Shown one piece after another: positions 1 through 9,311 of a DNA stretch of 29,127 bases. Within the stretch, counting starts at the first letter, position 1. Each line of letters opens with the position of its first letter. This stretch comes from a bacterium (GTDB lineage: Bacteria; Bacillota; Clostridia; Eubacteriales; Anaerofustaceae), in contig CAVEWD010000001.1 of NCBI GenBank assembly GCA_963619195.1, positions 1-29,127 of the forward strand, in the 5' to 3' direction. Below the pieces are notes generated by a model, which did no database searches, was not told where the DNA came from, and worked only from the letters and a program-made list of their open reading frames with translations. The translations under genes and the position numbers were made by a program.

Positions 1-1584
1 CAGCATAACTGCATGCTTTACAATTGAAAGACCAAGCCCCGTTCCTCCTGATGCCTTTGAATGACTCTTGTCTACACAATAAAATCTTTCAAATATCCTG
101 CTTTGGTACTCAGGCGGTATTCCTATTCCGTTATCCTTTACAGAGATAACAGCTCTTTTTTCGTCTTTTGTTACAGAAACCTCTACATTTCCGCCTTCAT
201 TATTGTATTTTATAGCATTATCACAAAGATTGTATATAACCATATTTAAGAGCCTTTCCACACCAACCACTTGAACATCATCTGCCAAAATGATCATTTC
301 AACCTGAGCCTGCTTAGCCTTTGGCTCAAGCTCCTTTAAGACTTCATTTGCAACCTTTGCCAAATCTACACTTTCCCTTTTCATATCCAAGGCGCCATCA
401 TCCAGATGAGAAAGCTTAATTATATCCTCCACCAAATCAATAAGCCGCCTCGCTTCTGCATGTATTTGAGATGAAATTTTTCTCACATCCTCCTGTTTCA
501 CTAAGCCATCTGATAAAAGCTCAGCCCAGCCAGAAATGGTTTGGAGAGGGGTTTTAAGCTCGTGAGAAACATTTGAAGTGAATTCCCTGCGCATTTTTTC
601 CGCCTTTTCCCTCTCGGTTATGTCAAACATTATAAGAGCTGCCCCAGCAACCTTACCATCACTCATAACAGGACCGGCATTAAGCTGATATTCTGCATCA
701 TTAACTTCAAAACGCATTTCAGAATGCTCACCAGAAATTGCCTTTTCAAGCAAATTTGTGAGCTCCACCGAATTAGTGAATAAAAGTATATTTTTCCCCA
801 CCGCATAGCTGCTTACGCCAAGCAGCTGAGAAGCCGCTTTATTGATGCTTAAAACCTCACAGTGGTCATTTAAAAGAACCAATCCCTCTGTTAAATTTTC
901 AGTGGCAGCTTCAAATTCATCCTTTTTTTGCTGAAGTTGGGTTTCCTGCGCTTTAAGTTGCTTTTGCTGACTTTGTATTTTGCTTACAAGGGGATACATT
1001 TCCTCATAAATTTCATCTTTGTTTGGCGAATTTAAATCCAGTTTATTAAGAGGCTGGACTATGTTTTGCGACAGGCTGTAGGCTAAGGCCATGGACATAA
1101 CAAGAACAAACAAAGCAATCACCGCCACGGGCTGCAGCATGCCAACAAGCAATGTCCACCAGGTGTATTGAGAAATTGAGAGCCTTAATATATTTCCATT
1201 GCTTAGTTTTACAGCCCTATAAAAGCTTCGTTCCATAAGGGTTGTGGAATAACGGGCACTCTCGCCCTCTCCCGTTTCAATTGCCTGAGCTATTTCTTCT
1301 CTTTGAAGGTGGTTCTCCATTGTGGAGCTATCCGCAACATTATCAAAAAGCACCTTACCTGTGGAGCTTACCAAGGTAATGCGATAGTCACTTTCCCCTA
1401 TTTTTTCGAGAAAATCCATACCGCCATCCTCCACCGCCAATGCAGTGATGTCAGTTTGTTCTCGCAAAAGCTCCTTACTCATATCAGAAAAATATCCATA
1501 CAAAACCCCTGTTATAAGCACAAAGGCAGCAACAAACACCGCTGCCGCCACAAAAAATACCGATTTGAATATTTTCTTTGTCAT
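1..1584 (-). CDS. phoR: PhoR-like sensor histidine kinase (3' end truncated by window edge; absent from ORF track)
   Basis: Manual translation from ATG at 1584 (ATGA overlap with the regulator stop): MTKKIFKSVFFVAAAVFVAAFVLITG (TM), H-box RREFTSNVSHELKTPL, N-box NLCDNAIKYN, G1 DNGIGI, G2 GGTGLGLSIVKH. The frame runs off position 1. Confidence 0.9.
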   Translation of the reverse strand, partial: MTKKIFKSVFFVAAAVFVAAFVLITGVLYGYFSDMSKELLREQTDITALAVEDGGMDFLEKIGESDYRITLVSSTGKVLFDNVADSSTMENHLQREEIAQAIETGEGESARYSTTLMERSFYRAVKLSNGNILRLSISQYTWWTLLVGMLQPVAVIALFVLVMSMALAYSLSQNIVQPLNKLDLNSPNKDEIYEEMYPLVSKIQSQQKQLKAQETQLQQKKDEFEAATENLTEGLVLLNDHCEVLSINKAASQLLGVSSYAVGKNILLFTNSVELTNLLEKAISGEHSEMRFEVNDAEYQLNAGPVMSDGKVAGAALIMFDITEREKAEKMRREFTSNVSHELKTPLQTISGWAELLSDGLVKQEDVRKISSQIHAEARRLIDLVEDIIKLSHLDDGALDMKRESVDLAKVANEVLKELEPKAKQAQVEMIILADDVQVVGVERLLNMVIYNLCDNAIKYNNEGGNVEVSVTKDEKRAVISVKDNGIGIPPEYQSRIFERFYCVDKSHSKASGGTGLGLSIVKHAVML

Positions 1585-2255
1585 TCTCTTGACCTCATTT
1601 TATATCCAACGCCACGCACTGTTTCAATATATTTCCCGCACTCAGCAAGCTTTGTGCGCAGCGTTCCAACATGCACATCCACAGTTCTTGTTTCGCTTAT
1701 CTGGTCGTCCCCCCAAATGCGGGAAAGAAGACTATCTCTGCTGAAAACAATATTTTGATTTTCCATAAAAAATCTAAGCAACTCGAATTCCTTTAGGGTA
1801 AGCTGCACATTTTCCCCATTGGATACCACTGTGTGCTGTTGGGTGTTTAATTCCAGCTTACCAACCTTCAAAATAGAAGAATTCTTTTTAGGGCTCGTCC
1901 TTCTAAGAACAGCCTTAACACGAGAAACCATTTCCATCATGCCAAAGGGTTTTGCCAAATAATCATCGGCACCCAAATCAAGTCCAACAACCTTGTCATA
2001 TTCAGTTCCCTTTGCAGTGGCCATTATGACAGGAATGCCCTTAGTGGAAGGAATGGATTTTAATTTTCTTAATATATTCATTCCATCCTCCCCCGGAAGC
2101 ATTATATCCAGCATGATAAGCTCCGGAGTGTTTTTGCTCATGGCATTCCAAAAGGCACCAGCCTCCGAAAAGCCCTCTGCCTCGAATCCTGAAATAATTA
2201 AGGTATAAACCACCAGCTCACGAATGCCCTCATCGTCCTCTACGCAATATATCAT
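1581..2255 (-). CDS. phoB: OmpR/PhoB-family response regulator
   Basis: Receiver motifs VEDD, LDIMLP, TAK, GADDYLAKPF; winged helix LTLKEFELL...RTVDVHV...IETVRGVGY; GGAGG RBS; coupled to the kinase. The specific Pho assignment is an inference. Confidence 0.9.
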   Translation of the reverse strand: MIYCVEDDEGIRELVVYTLIISGFEAEGFSEAGAFWNAMSKNTPELIMLDIMLPGEDGMNILRKLKSIPSTKGIPVIMATAKGTEYDKVVGLDLGADDYLAKPFGMMEMVSRVKAVLRRTSPKKNSSILKVGKLELNTQQHTVVSNGENVQLTLKEFELLRFFMENQNIVFSRDSLLSRIWGDDQISETRTVDVHVGTLRTKLAECGKYIETVRGVGYKMRSRE

Positions 2256-2273
2256 GCCAAACCTCCGGTTTTA

Positions 2274-3080
2274 TTACTTTTCCTCCCCTTGAAGCTTAAG
2301 AGGTATATCACCAACACCGTTTAACACAAGTCTCGGCTGATAGGGATATTTTTTTATTTCGCTTCTGTCAGTAACGCCTGAGAGCACCAAAACAGTATCC
2401 AAGCCGCTTTCAATGCCTGCCACAATGTCAGTATCCATTCTATCCCCAATCATTACAGCATCCTCTGAATGTACTCCCAAAATTCTAAGCCCTGTGCGCA
2501 TCATCAGTGGGTTTGGCTTTCCAACAAAATATGCAATTTTGCCGGAAGCCATTTCAATTGGAGCAATCATTGCTCTACAAGCGGGAATTATTCCTTCCTC
2601 TGAAGGCCCGGTTAAGTCGCTGTTTGTGCCAATAAGTTTAGCACCCTTCATGGCAAGGCGCACAGCCTTCACCATACTTTCATAGTTATAGGAGCTTCCT
2701 TCGCCTATAACAACATACTCTGGGTCAACATCATTCATTGTTATCCCCTCATCATGCAGTGCCATTATAAGGCCAGCTCCCCCCACCACATAAGCGCTGC
2801 AGCCAGGAGCCTGCCCGGCAATAAATTTAGCAGTGGCTAAAGCACTGGTGTAGAAGTGAGACTCATCCACATCAAGCCCCATTCTCTTCAGCTTTTGCTG
2901 CAATTCTCTGGGTGAACGCTCGGAAGAGTTGGTGAGAAAGAGAAAATTCTTTTTCTCCTTATAAAGCCACTCCACAAATTCACTCACCCCAGGGAGCAAT
3001 CTGTTCCCATGATAAATGACTCCATCCATATCAATTATGAAGCCTTTTCTACTTCTTAGTTTTTCCATTTCTTTACTCAT
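2274..3080 (-). CDS. HAD-IIA hydrolase (NagD-like phosphatase)
   Basis: Motifs DMDGV, LTNSS, GKPN, GDRMDTDI; 268 aa. Confidence 0.92.
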   Translation of the reverse strand: MSKEMEKLRSRKGFIIDMDGVIYHGNRLLPGVSEFVEWLYKEKKNFLFLTNSSERSPRELQQKLKRMGLDVDESHFYTSALATAKFIAGQAPGCSAYVVGGAGLIMALHDEGITMNDVDPEYVVIGEGSSYNYESMVKAVRLAMKGAKLIGTNSDLTGPSEEGIIPACRAMIAPIEMASGKIAYFVGKPNPLMMRTGLRILGVHSEDAVMIGDRMDTDIVAGIESGLDTVLVLSGVTDRSEIKKYPYQPRLVLNGVGDIPLKLQGEEK

Positions 3081-3152
3081 TCCTTATGTATTTTAATTGT
3101 AAATTATAAAATCTAAATTACAGCAAATGTAAAATTTATGCAAAATTTGATT

Positions 3153-4145
3153 TTACTCTGTCACAAACGCCTGTGCGCCATCGGAATATATTATTTCATA
3201 CTCATCGGTAATAAACACGGCGTAACAGCATTCCAATTTGTTTATGAAAGCCAATCCTTCCTCAAGCCCCAAGGCAAAACATGTGGTGGAAAGAGCATCT
3301 GCATCTGCTGAATTTTCACAAATTATTGTTACAGAAAGAAGAGAGTTGTCGTAGGGATAACCGGTTTTAGGGTTAAGTATGTGGTGGTAGAGCTTTCCGT
3401 TAACTTCAAAGCACCTTTCATAAACCCCAGAGGTTACCACAGATAGATCTTCAACAGATAGAATAACTGAAATATCGTTTTGATCTCCAAAGGGAGTTTG
3501 CACTCCCACCCTGAAGGCGCTTCCATCAGGCTTTCGCCCAACACAAAGAGTGTTTCCGCCTAAATTAATAAGAGCACTTTCAACTCCTCTCTCTAAAAGC
3601 AAATCTCTAAGGCGGTCAGCCACATAGCCCTTTGCTATGCCGCCTAAATCAATTTCCACGCCCTGCTGTAAAAACAAAATTTCACATCCATCAACTTTGA
3701 CTTTTTCATAGCCCACATGCTTAACTGCCACTGAAATACTTTCCTCTGAGGGAATTGTGCCTCCGTTGGTGAAATTCCAAAGTTTACTGACAGGGCAAAT
3801 AGTTATGTCAAAGGCTCCATCTGATAGGGCTGAATAATATAACCCCTTTTGAATAAGCTCCGCAGTCTCCTCTGAAACCTCACTGATTTCTCCCGCATTT
3901 AAACGGGCAATTTCACTGGTTTCGTCGGTGCGGCTAAACATTTGTTCATATTTATGCATCAGCTCAAAGCACTCATCCAAAATTTCTTCATCGCTGCCGT
4001 CATACAAAGTAATTGTAACCACAGTATCCATTAAAAAATCACTTCTAGATACTTTTTCAGGTGTTTCTTTTCCATTGGCACAGCCCGAGTTGAAAATCAA
4101 AATAAAAGCTAAAATTATACAAATTAAATTTTCGCGTCTATGCAT
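3153..4145 (-). CDS. apbE: FAD:protein FMN transferase (ApbE family), lipoprotein
   Basis: Signal peptide with lipobox-like FNSG-C; MDT, GAFDIT, DLGGIAKGY, NLGGN, TSGVYER, YHHILNPKTGYP, ADALST. Confidence 0.93.
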   Translation of the reverse strand: MHRRENLICIILAFILIFNSGCANGKETPEKVSRSDFLMDTVVTITLYDGSDEEILDECFELMHKYEQMFSRTDETSEIARLNAGEISEVSEETAELIQKGLYYSALSDGAFDITICPVSKLWNFTNGGTIPSEESISVAVKHVGYEKVKVDGCEILFLQQGVEIDLGGIAKGYVADRLRDLLLERGVESALINLGGNTLCVGRKPDGSAFRVGVQTPFGDQNDISVILSVEDLSVVTSGVYERCFEVNGKLYHHILNPKTGYPYDNSLLSVTIICENSADADALSTTCFALGLEEGLAFINKLECCYAVFITDEYEIIYSDGAQAFVTE

Positions 4146-4182
4146 ATTTATCTCCAGATTAACAAAGCAAAGCTTTGGCCTA

Positions 4183-4211
4183 ATTATAGTCTATTAAATA
4201 CATTTAGTCAA
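4183..4211 (-). promoter_or_regulatory. sigma70/sigmaA promoter for apbE
   Basis: Minus strand TTGACT-N17-TATAAT, 37 nt upstream of the ATG; GGAGA RBS follows. Confidence 0.75.
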
Positions 4212-4253
4212 AGAATTTGGATATCATACATAACACAAAGCCTTATTAATTTA

Positions 4254-4283
4254 TAAAAAGAATGCAGCCTCAAAAAGGCTGCA
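4254..4283 (-). terminator. Intrinsic terminator after the amidase
   Basis: Minus strand TGCAGCCT-TTTTG-AGGCTGCA followed by TTCTTTTT. Confidence 0.75.
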
Positions 4284-4308
4284 CCAATGCAAAAATTTAA
4301 TTCAGCTG

Positions 4309-5697
4309 CTAATTAATTTGTTTTAGACTCTCACTCTTTAAAGTGTTAATATATTCATTTATGGCTTCTGCTGTGCCCTTCGCGTAACCCTCTTGATTGT
4401 TTATTAGGCTTAAAAGAGACTCCTCATTGTTAACATAATTCATCTCCAAAATGTAGGGCTCAGCCACATCATTTGAATTCACATATGGATTGGAGCCATA
4501 TTCAGTATTTCGTCCATCCACATATGCCCCGGTTACAATCCCGCCAATTTCTCTTATCATGTAATAATAATTTGTTTCATAGGCCTTAATGTTTTCGTAA
4601 GCCTTTGCACCACAATCTAGGGCATCTTTATTAGTAGATTCCACATTTTCCGGGGTAAACAAACGCACAAAAACCCCTTTATCAGCTTGATAATAATGGT
4701 TCTCATTTGGTGTTTGATTTGAATAAGAGCCCCCTGATAATTCCACTATTTTTTCAGCCAAAAGGGATGCAAAACTAAAGTCCGAACCCTTAGCGGCATA
4801 AACCTCTGTGCCCGTGTAGATGCTAAGTTCATGGCTGTTGCAGTGAATTGAAAAACTATATTTTGCTTTAACCTCATTTGGCAAAACAGCCCTTCCTCCT
4901 TTTCCATACGAAGGTGGGTCAATATTGGTTTCGTGGGAAAGAATAACCTTATAGCCCATGTTCTGAAGAAGTACCTTCACCCTTTGAGCAATTGCAATGT
5001 TAAGATCATACTCCGTTACTTCCTCCCCGTTTAACATTCCAACAGCCCCGGGGTCGTCGCCTCCATGGCCCACTTCAAGGTAAATGTCATAATATTCCTC
5101 CGGGAGCTGTGTTTGGCTTATGCTTATTTTTACCACCGGCAAAACCTCACCCCTTCTTTTCCCAAAGGAATACTCATGGGAGTCGAATTCTAAAATCACA
5201 TTATTGCAGCTATTTTCACTGCTTATGGTGTAGTAGGAAAATCCTTCGTAGTCTGTGCAATTCTCAAGGCTGTAGTAGCAGAAATTTTTGCTGCCAGCTT
5301 TATTTACAGTCTCCACTTTCAAAAGGAAAATATATTCCCCCTCAGGGAGGATTTCTAGGTTTATTCCGCCATTTATATACTCTGAAGTTTTAAACGAAAT
5401 TTCATCATCAACCAATTTGTATTCTAGAGGCAACTCATATTCTTTATAAGAGGAGCGAATAATTAAATTTACATTATCAGGGAATATTTCCTCATTAATT
5501 TTAAGACTGCCCTCAAAATTCAAATGCGTGCCATAACGAGCAAAATATTCTAGAGAAGCTGTATTGGTGTCAATTGAGGTATATATGTTCTTTGTATATT
5601 TATCCCAAATAACGGCTCCTAAAACCACAAGCACCACCAAAGCCATGCACAATGTAATCATAAACACTGTTCTTTGCTTGCTTATTTTCTTTACCAA
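4309..5697 (-). CDS. Membrane-anchored N-acetylmuramoyl-L-alanine amidase (Amidase_3)
   Basis: N-terminal TM; Zn/catalytic motifs GHGGDDPGA, TEYDLN, SIHCNS, ILEMNY. Start placed at TTG 5697 after a GGGGGG RBS-like run (track start 5712). Confidence 0.85.
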   Translation of the reverse strand: MVKKISKQRTVFMITLCMALVVLVVLGAVIWDKYTKNIYTSIDTNTASLEYFARYGTHLNFEGSLKINEEIFPDNVNLIIRSSYKEYELPLEYKLVDDEISFKTSEYINGGINLEILPEGEYIFLLKVETVNKAGSKNFCYYSLENCTDYEGFSYYTISSENSCNNVILEFDSHEYSFGKRRGEVLPVVKISISQTQLPEEYYDIYLEVGHGGDDPGAVGMLNGEEVTEYDLNIAIAQRVKVLLQNMGYKVILSHETNIDPPSYGKGGRAVLPNEVKAKYSFSIHCNSHELSIYTGTEVYAAKGSDFSFASLLAEKIVELSGGSYSNQTPNENHYYQADKGVFVRLFTPENVESTNKDALDCGAKAYENIKAYETNYYYMIREIGGIVTGAYVDGRNTEYGSNPYVNSNDVAEPYILEMNYVNNEESLLSLINNQEGYAKGTAEAINEYINTLKSESLKQIN

Positions 5698-5743
5698 AAA
5701 AATACCCCCCAATTTACATGCTTTATGATGCGCAAATATATTT

Positions 5744-6232
5744 TTATAGCGCCTTCCTATAATAGCTCACACTTAGTTTTTTATCAAATTTTTCGGCAAT
5801 GTCCTTTAAGCACCCTTCCAAAACAAAGTTCTGTTTTTCGTGGAATCGGCACGACGCCTCATTCTCGCTGGTAATTATGGAAATTATGTTGGTAATTCCC
5901 ATATCCTTAGCTCTTTTGGAAATATTATCCCAAAGCAGTTTTCCCAACCCGGAATGCCTTAAATTGTGGTCAATATAAATTGATAGATCTGCCGTAAATC
6001 TATATCCACTTCTAGGGTTGAAAGCATCTAAATAAGCAAAGCCTACAACGACACCCTCATCATTTTTACCCACTATAAATGGGTATTTTTTTAGTACCCC
6101 CTCAGCGCGGTCTGTGTATTCACAAAGGGTTAGAGCCCTCTCTTCAAGGGTAAAGTTGCTGTTTTTAATGTAGTAGTTATATATATCAAGGCAACCCTGT
6201 ATATCTTCTTTTTTTAAATCTTCAATTATCAT
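5744..6232 (-). CDS. GNAT N-acetyltransferase (phosphinothricin acetyltransferase/YncA-like)
   Basis: IYNYYI..SNFTLEE, VVGFAY, YRFTADLSIY, RHSGLGKLL, NEASCRFHEKQNF. Confidence 0.88.
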   Translation of the reverse strand: MIIEDLKKEDIQGCLDIYNYYIKNSNFTLEERALTLCEYTDRAEGVLKKYPFIVGKNDEGVVVGFAYLDAFNPRSGYRFTADLSIYIDHNLRHSGLGKLLWDNISKRAKDMGITNIISIITSENEASCRFHEKQNFVLEGCLKDIAEKFDKKLSVSYYRKAL

Positions 6233-6265
6233 TTATTCTCCCAGGTGTTTTCATATTAAGTAAAC

Positions 6266-6913
6266 TCATCCAAAGCAGAAATTTCCGCCAAATAGTGAAT
6301 ACACAAAAGCTGCTACCGTTATGCCAACTGGAACCAACAAGGCAATTAAACGGTTTTTCTTACTTTCCTGAATGGCAAAACTCATAACAAGAATTGATGC
6401 CACACATGTAATCAAGCTTAAAATGTGATACGGAAAATTTCTTACACATTTAATTGTATACATAACCCCCATAAGAAACTGAATTGTGTTGCCAAAGCCA
6501 AGAATAATTGCTCCACAAACCGACTGATTTTTGCAGTAGTAGGCAATAAAGCCTCCAGGCAAAACCGTAAATGTCATTGGAAGCCAAATGCTTCTGTAAT
6601 AAAGAAAAGCCAAATCAAAGCTAACATGTCCAAATATAATTTCCACTGCATATATAAGTGGTTGACTTATTAAGAAAAAAACAAAGCATTTAAGCATTGC
6701 TTCCCAGTTTCTTTTGCAATTAACCACAACTATAACCGCAAAAATAACCCACCATTCGTAATATATTCCTATATCTTGAAAGGACGTGTCTTCCAAAAGC
6801 GAGAAAAGCATCACTGTTCCAGTATAAATGCCAGCAACGATTGCGAACAAAATAACAGCTGGCCAGCTCATTTTCAAGCCTCCATATATTTTTTTTATTT
6901 TGCCAAAATTCAT
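6266..6913 (-). CDS. Hypothetical integral membrane protein (about 7 TM)
   Basis: Multiple hydrophobic segments; AGGGAG RBS favours ATG at 6913 (track start 6922). Confidence 0.75.
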   Translation of the reverse strand: MNFGKIKKIYGGLKMSWPAVILFAIVAGIYTGTVMLFSLLEDTSFQDIGIYYEWWVIFAVIVVVNCKRNWEAMLKCFVFFLISQPLIYAVEIIFGHVSFDLAFLYYRSIWLPMTFTVLPGGFIAYYCKNQSVCGAIILGFGNTIQFLMGVMYTIKCVRNFPYHILSLITCVASILVMSFAIQESKKNRLIALLVPVGITVAAFVYSLFGGNFCFG

Positions 6914-6941
6914 TAATAACACTCCCTACTTATTTTTATGT

Positions 6942-9092
6942 TTAAAATGTCCTCGAATTTTTCGCGTTAATACGCTGAATTTCTTCATTTATAATTTCCC
7001 CAAAGCCCTTTTCGTCAAGTTCAACGCTTTCCTCCGCTGCAACGGATTCATCTGCGAAGGCATTAAAAATTTTCTGTTTGCTTTTAAGAAGAGAAACAAT
7101 TTTTTCGTCCACTGTGTCCTCGCACAAAAGCCTGTAAACAAGCACATTTCTCGTTTGCCCCATGCGGTAAGCCCTGGAAATAGCTTGATTTTCCGTTGAT
7201 GGCTTAAACTGAGGTTCACACAAAATCACCACACTTGCAGATTGGATGTTTAAACCTACACCTCCAGACTGAATTTGAGCCACAAGAACCGTGCCGGAGG
7301 GCGCCTCATCAAACTCATCCACAATTTCCTGCCTTCGCTGAGGGCTAACAGAACCGGTTATTGGACCAACACACCTATCAGCCAATAAATTTGCAACTTT
7401 TTCAACTGTGTTTAAAAAGAAGGAAAAAACAATCACCTTTCTGCCCTCATCCTCAGCATCTTCTACAATTTCAAGAAGCCTGTTTGCCTTTGATGAATTT
7501 GCAAGATCTTTAACATTCCAGGAAACCTGTCTGGCGTCGGCATAACGTCTTTCCAGCACAGCCCATTCATAAATTGTTTGTTCCTCAGGCAAAAGCTCGC
7601 ACCACTCTTCGCTTTCGATTTTTTGCGGAAGCTCTGTTAACACATCCTCTCTTTTTCGTCTGTAATAAACCGGTGCTATCAGCTGCCGAAACACAGGAGC
7701 AAAGGAGAGGGTTTCTATTCCGCTGATTCTTTGGGCTATATCCGGCTGCAAAATTCCAATTAAGGAAACCATTTCATCCACTCTGTTTTCTAGGGCGGTG
7801 CCTGTCATTAAAAGCAGCCTGTCAGCATGCTCTGAAAGTCTTTTTGTGTTAATGGTGCGCTGCGCCTGGGGATTTTTTATGTAATGAGCTTCATCCACCA
7901 CCATCATTGAAAGCCTAAAACCCTTAGGCAGCTCCAAATGCTGGGTTGTTTCATAGGTGGTAACAGCCACTCCGCCGCATTCAAGCCAGGAGGCCATTGC
8001 GGCATCTCTTGTGTCGCCATAGATTTTGGTTACCCTAAGCTTGCTTTTAGTGGAAACCTCTCTGCACCAGTTTGAAATAACGCTGGCAGGGCACACCACA
8101 AGGAAATGTGTGGCGCCTGTGTTTTTCAGCGAAACCATGGCAGCTATGGCTTGAATGGTTTTTCCAAGTCCCATTTCATCCCCAAGCAAAACTCTTCCCT
8201 GATGGAGAATGTATCTAACTCCCCACTCCTGATAGCGCCTTAATTCAACCAAAAGACCGTCAGGGAAGTAGGCCTCATCTTGAATTTCCCTTGCCAGCTC
8301 CTGTGGCAGGCCATAAACCGAATCATCTGTGCCCAGCACATTTGGCGCAATGTTTTCTAGAGTGTTTATAAAGGAAACGGAATGCGCCTCAAACTCCCCC
8401 CAAGCCTTTGCAGGGTCCATATGCACTATGGAATCAAGACTGTTTAAAAGGCTTATACTTTTAGTATAGTAGCTTGTGTTTAATAAACCGCTTAAAAACT
8501 GATATGCCTGTTGAGCTGTTTGTTTTTTATCCGCTGAGGAAAAAAACCATTTCAGTGTGCCGGCAGCCGAGGATAAGTCCTCCAGGGCATAGCCCACCAG
8601 CCTTGAGTTTTCCTCTCTAATTTTAGAGCACTCCTCCGCTATAGGAATCAGCTTTTGATATGCGCAAATTGCGGTGATAAGCCGATTTGAGTTGCGGGTT
8701 TTCTTATCGGCACTTATGCGAATTTTTGTATCCTTGCGGGTTATATCTATAATTTGCTCCACAATGCGGCGTATCACTGTGGCGCCCTCTTCACTTATGC
8801 CGTTTATAGCCGCAATTTCATGAACTGTGGCGGCGGCAATATCCGCCACGGTGTTAAAGCCGCTGTTTCTCAGGGATTTCACCCTGATTCCAATTTTATC
8901 TCTGTTTATTTCCTCAATGGGAATTCCCCTTAGCTTTTCAAGCACCTCCTCGGCCACAAAGGCATCGGCAGCGTTTTCAATTTCCTTCTTGTAGACTGCA
9001 ACACTGTTTTGCCCGCTTTCAAGCCCAGCCTGAATTTTTCGGTGTTCACTTATCAATCTTTTAGCGTCTTTATTTGTAAAGGTCTTGTCCAT
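6942..9092 (-). CDS. SNF2-family (SF2) ATPase/helicase with N-terminal HhH-like region
   Basis: Motifs LRRYQ, DEMGLGKT, VCPAS, DEAH, TGTALEN, VFSFF, SGGVGLNI, QAISRAYRMGQ; AAGGAG RBS. Confidence 0.92.
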   Translation of the reverse strand: MDKTFTNKDAKRLISEHRKIQAGLESGQNSVAVYKKEIENAADAFVAEEVLEKLRGIPIEEINRDKIGIRVKSLRNSGFNTVADIAAATVHEIAAINGISEEGATVIRRIVEQIIDITRKDTKIRISADKKTRNSNRLITAICAYQKLIPIAEECSKIREENSRLVGYALEDLSSAAGTLKWFFSSADKKQTAQQAYQFLSGLLNTSYYTKSISLLNSLDSIVHMDPAKAWGEFEAHSVSFINTLENIAPNVLGTDDSVYGLPQELAREIQDEAYFPDGLLVELRRYQEWGVRYILHQGRVLLGDEMGLGKTIQAIAAMVSLKNTGATHFLVVCPASVISNWCREVSTKSKLRVTKIYGDTRDAAMASWLECGGVAVTTYETTQHLELPKGFRLSMMVVDEAHYIKNPQAQRTINTKRLSEHADRLLLMTGTALENRVDEMVSLIGILQPDIAQRISGIETLSFAPVFRQLIAPVYYRRKREDVLTELPQKIESEEWCELLPEEQTIYEWAVLERRYADARQVSWNVKDLANSSKANRLLEIVEDAEDEGRKVIVFSFFLNTVEKVANLLADRCVGPITGSVSPQRRQEIVDEFDEAPSGTVLVAQIQSGGVGLNIQSASVVILCEPQFKPSTENQAISRAYRMGQTRNVLVYRLLCEDTVDEKIVSLLKSKQKIFNAFADESVAAEESVELDEKGFGEIINEEIQRINAKNSRTF

Positions 9093-9169
9093 GGGTGTGA
9101 TTGCTCCTTGAGGTAATTTTACACATTTCGCATAAAAGCTAAAAATCTATTTAAAAATTTATGAGAACC

Positions 9170-9178
9170 ATTATAGCA
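9170..9178 (-). promoter_or_regulatory. Extended -10 (TGCTATAAT) for the SNF2 gene
   Basis: Exact TGnTATAAT on the minus strand about 78 nt upstream of the ATG. Confidence 0.5.
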
Positions 9179-9311
9179 TTTTCTAATTTAGCATAAAATA
9201 GGCTTTATGGCAAATAATGGTGTTGTGTTGATATAATTTTGATGTATCAATTTTTTGCTATGATTAAAATATAGCTTTATGATTGCGCTTTGAAAATTTT
9301 AATTTTATGAG

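Noticed and set aside
61..2208. Plus-strand track ORFs 61-249, 1303-1758, 1445-1744, 1993-2208
   Set aside because: Antisense shadows of the kinase and regulator genes, with no RBS or recognisable motifs. The same applies to the other short overlapping ORFs in the track.
4520..4545. IVTGAY in the amidase as an ApbE flavinylation site
   Set aside because: Does not fit [ST]GA[ST] and lies inside the amidase catalytic domain.
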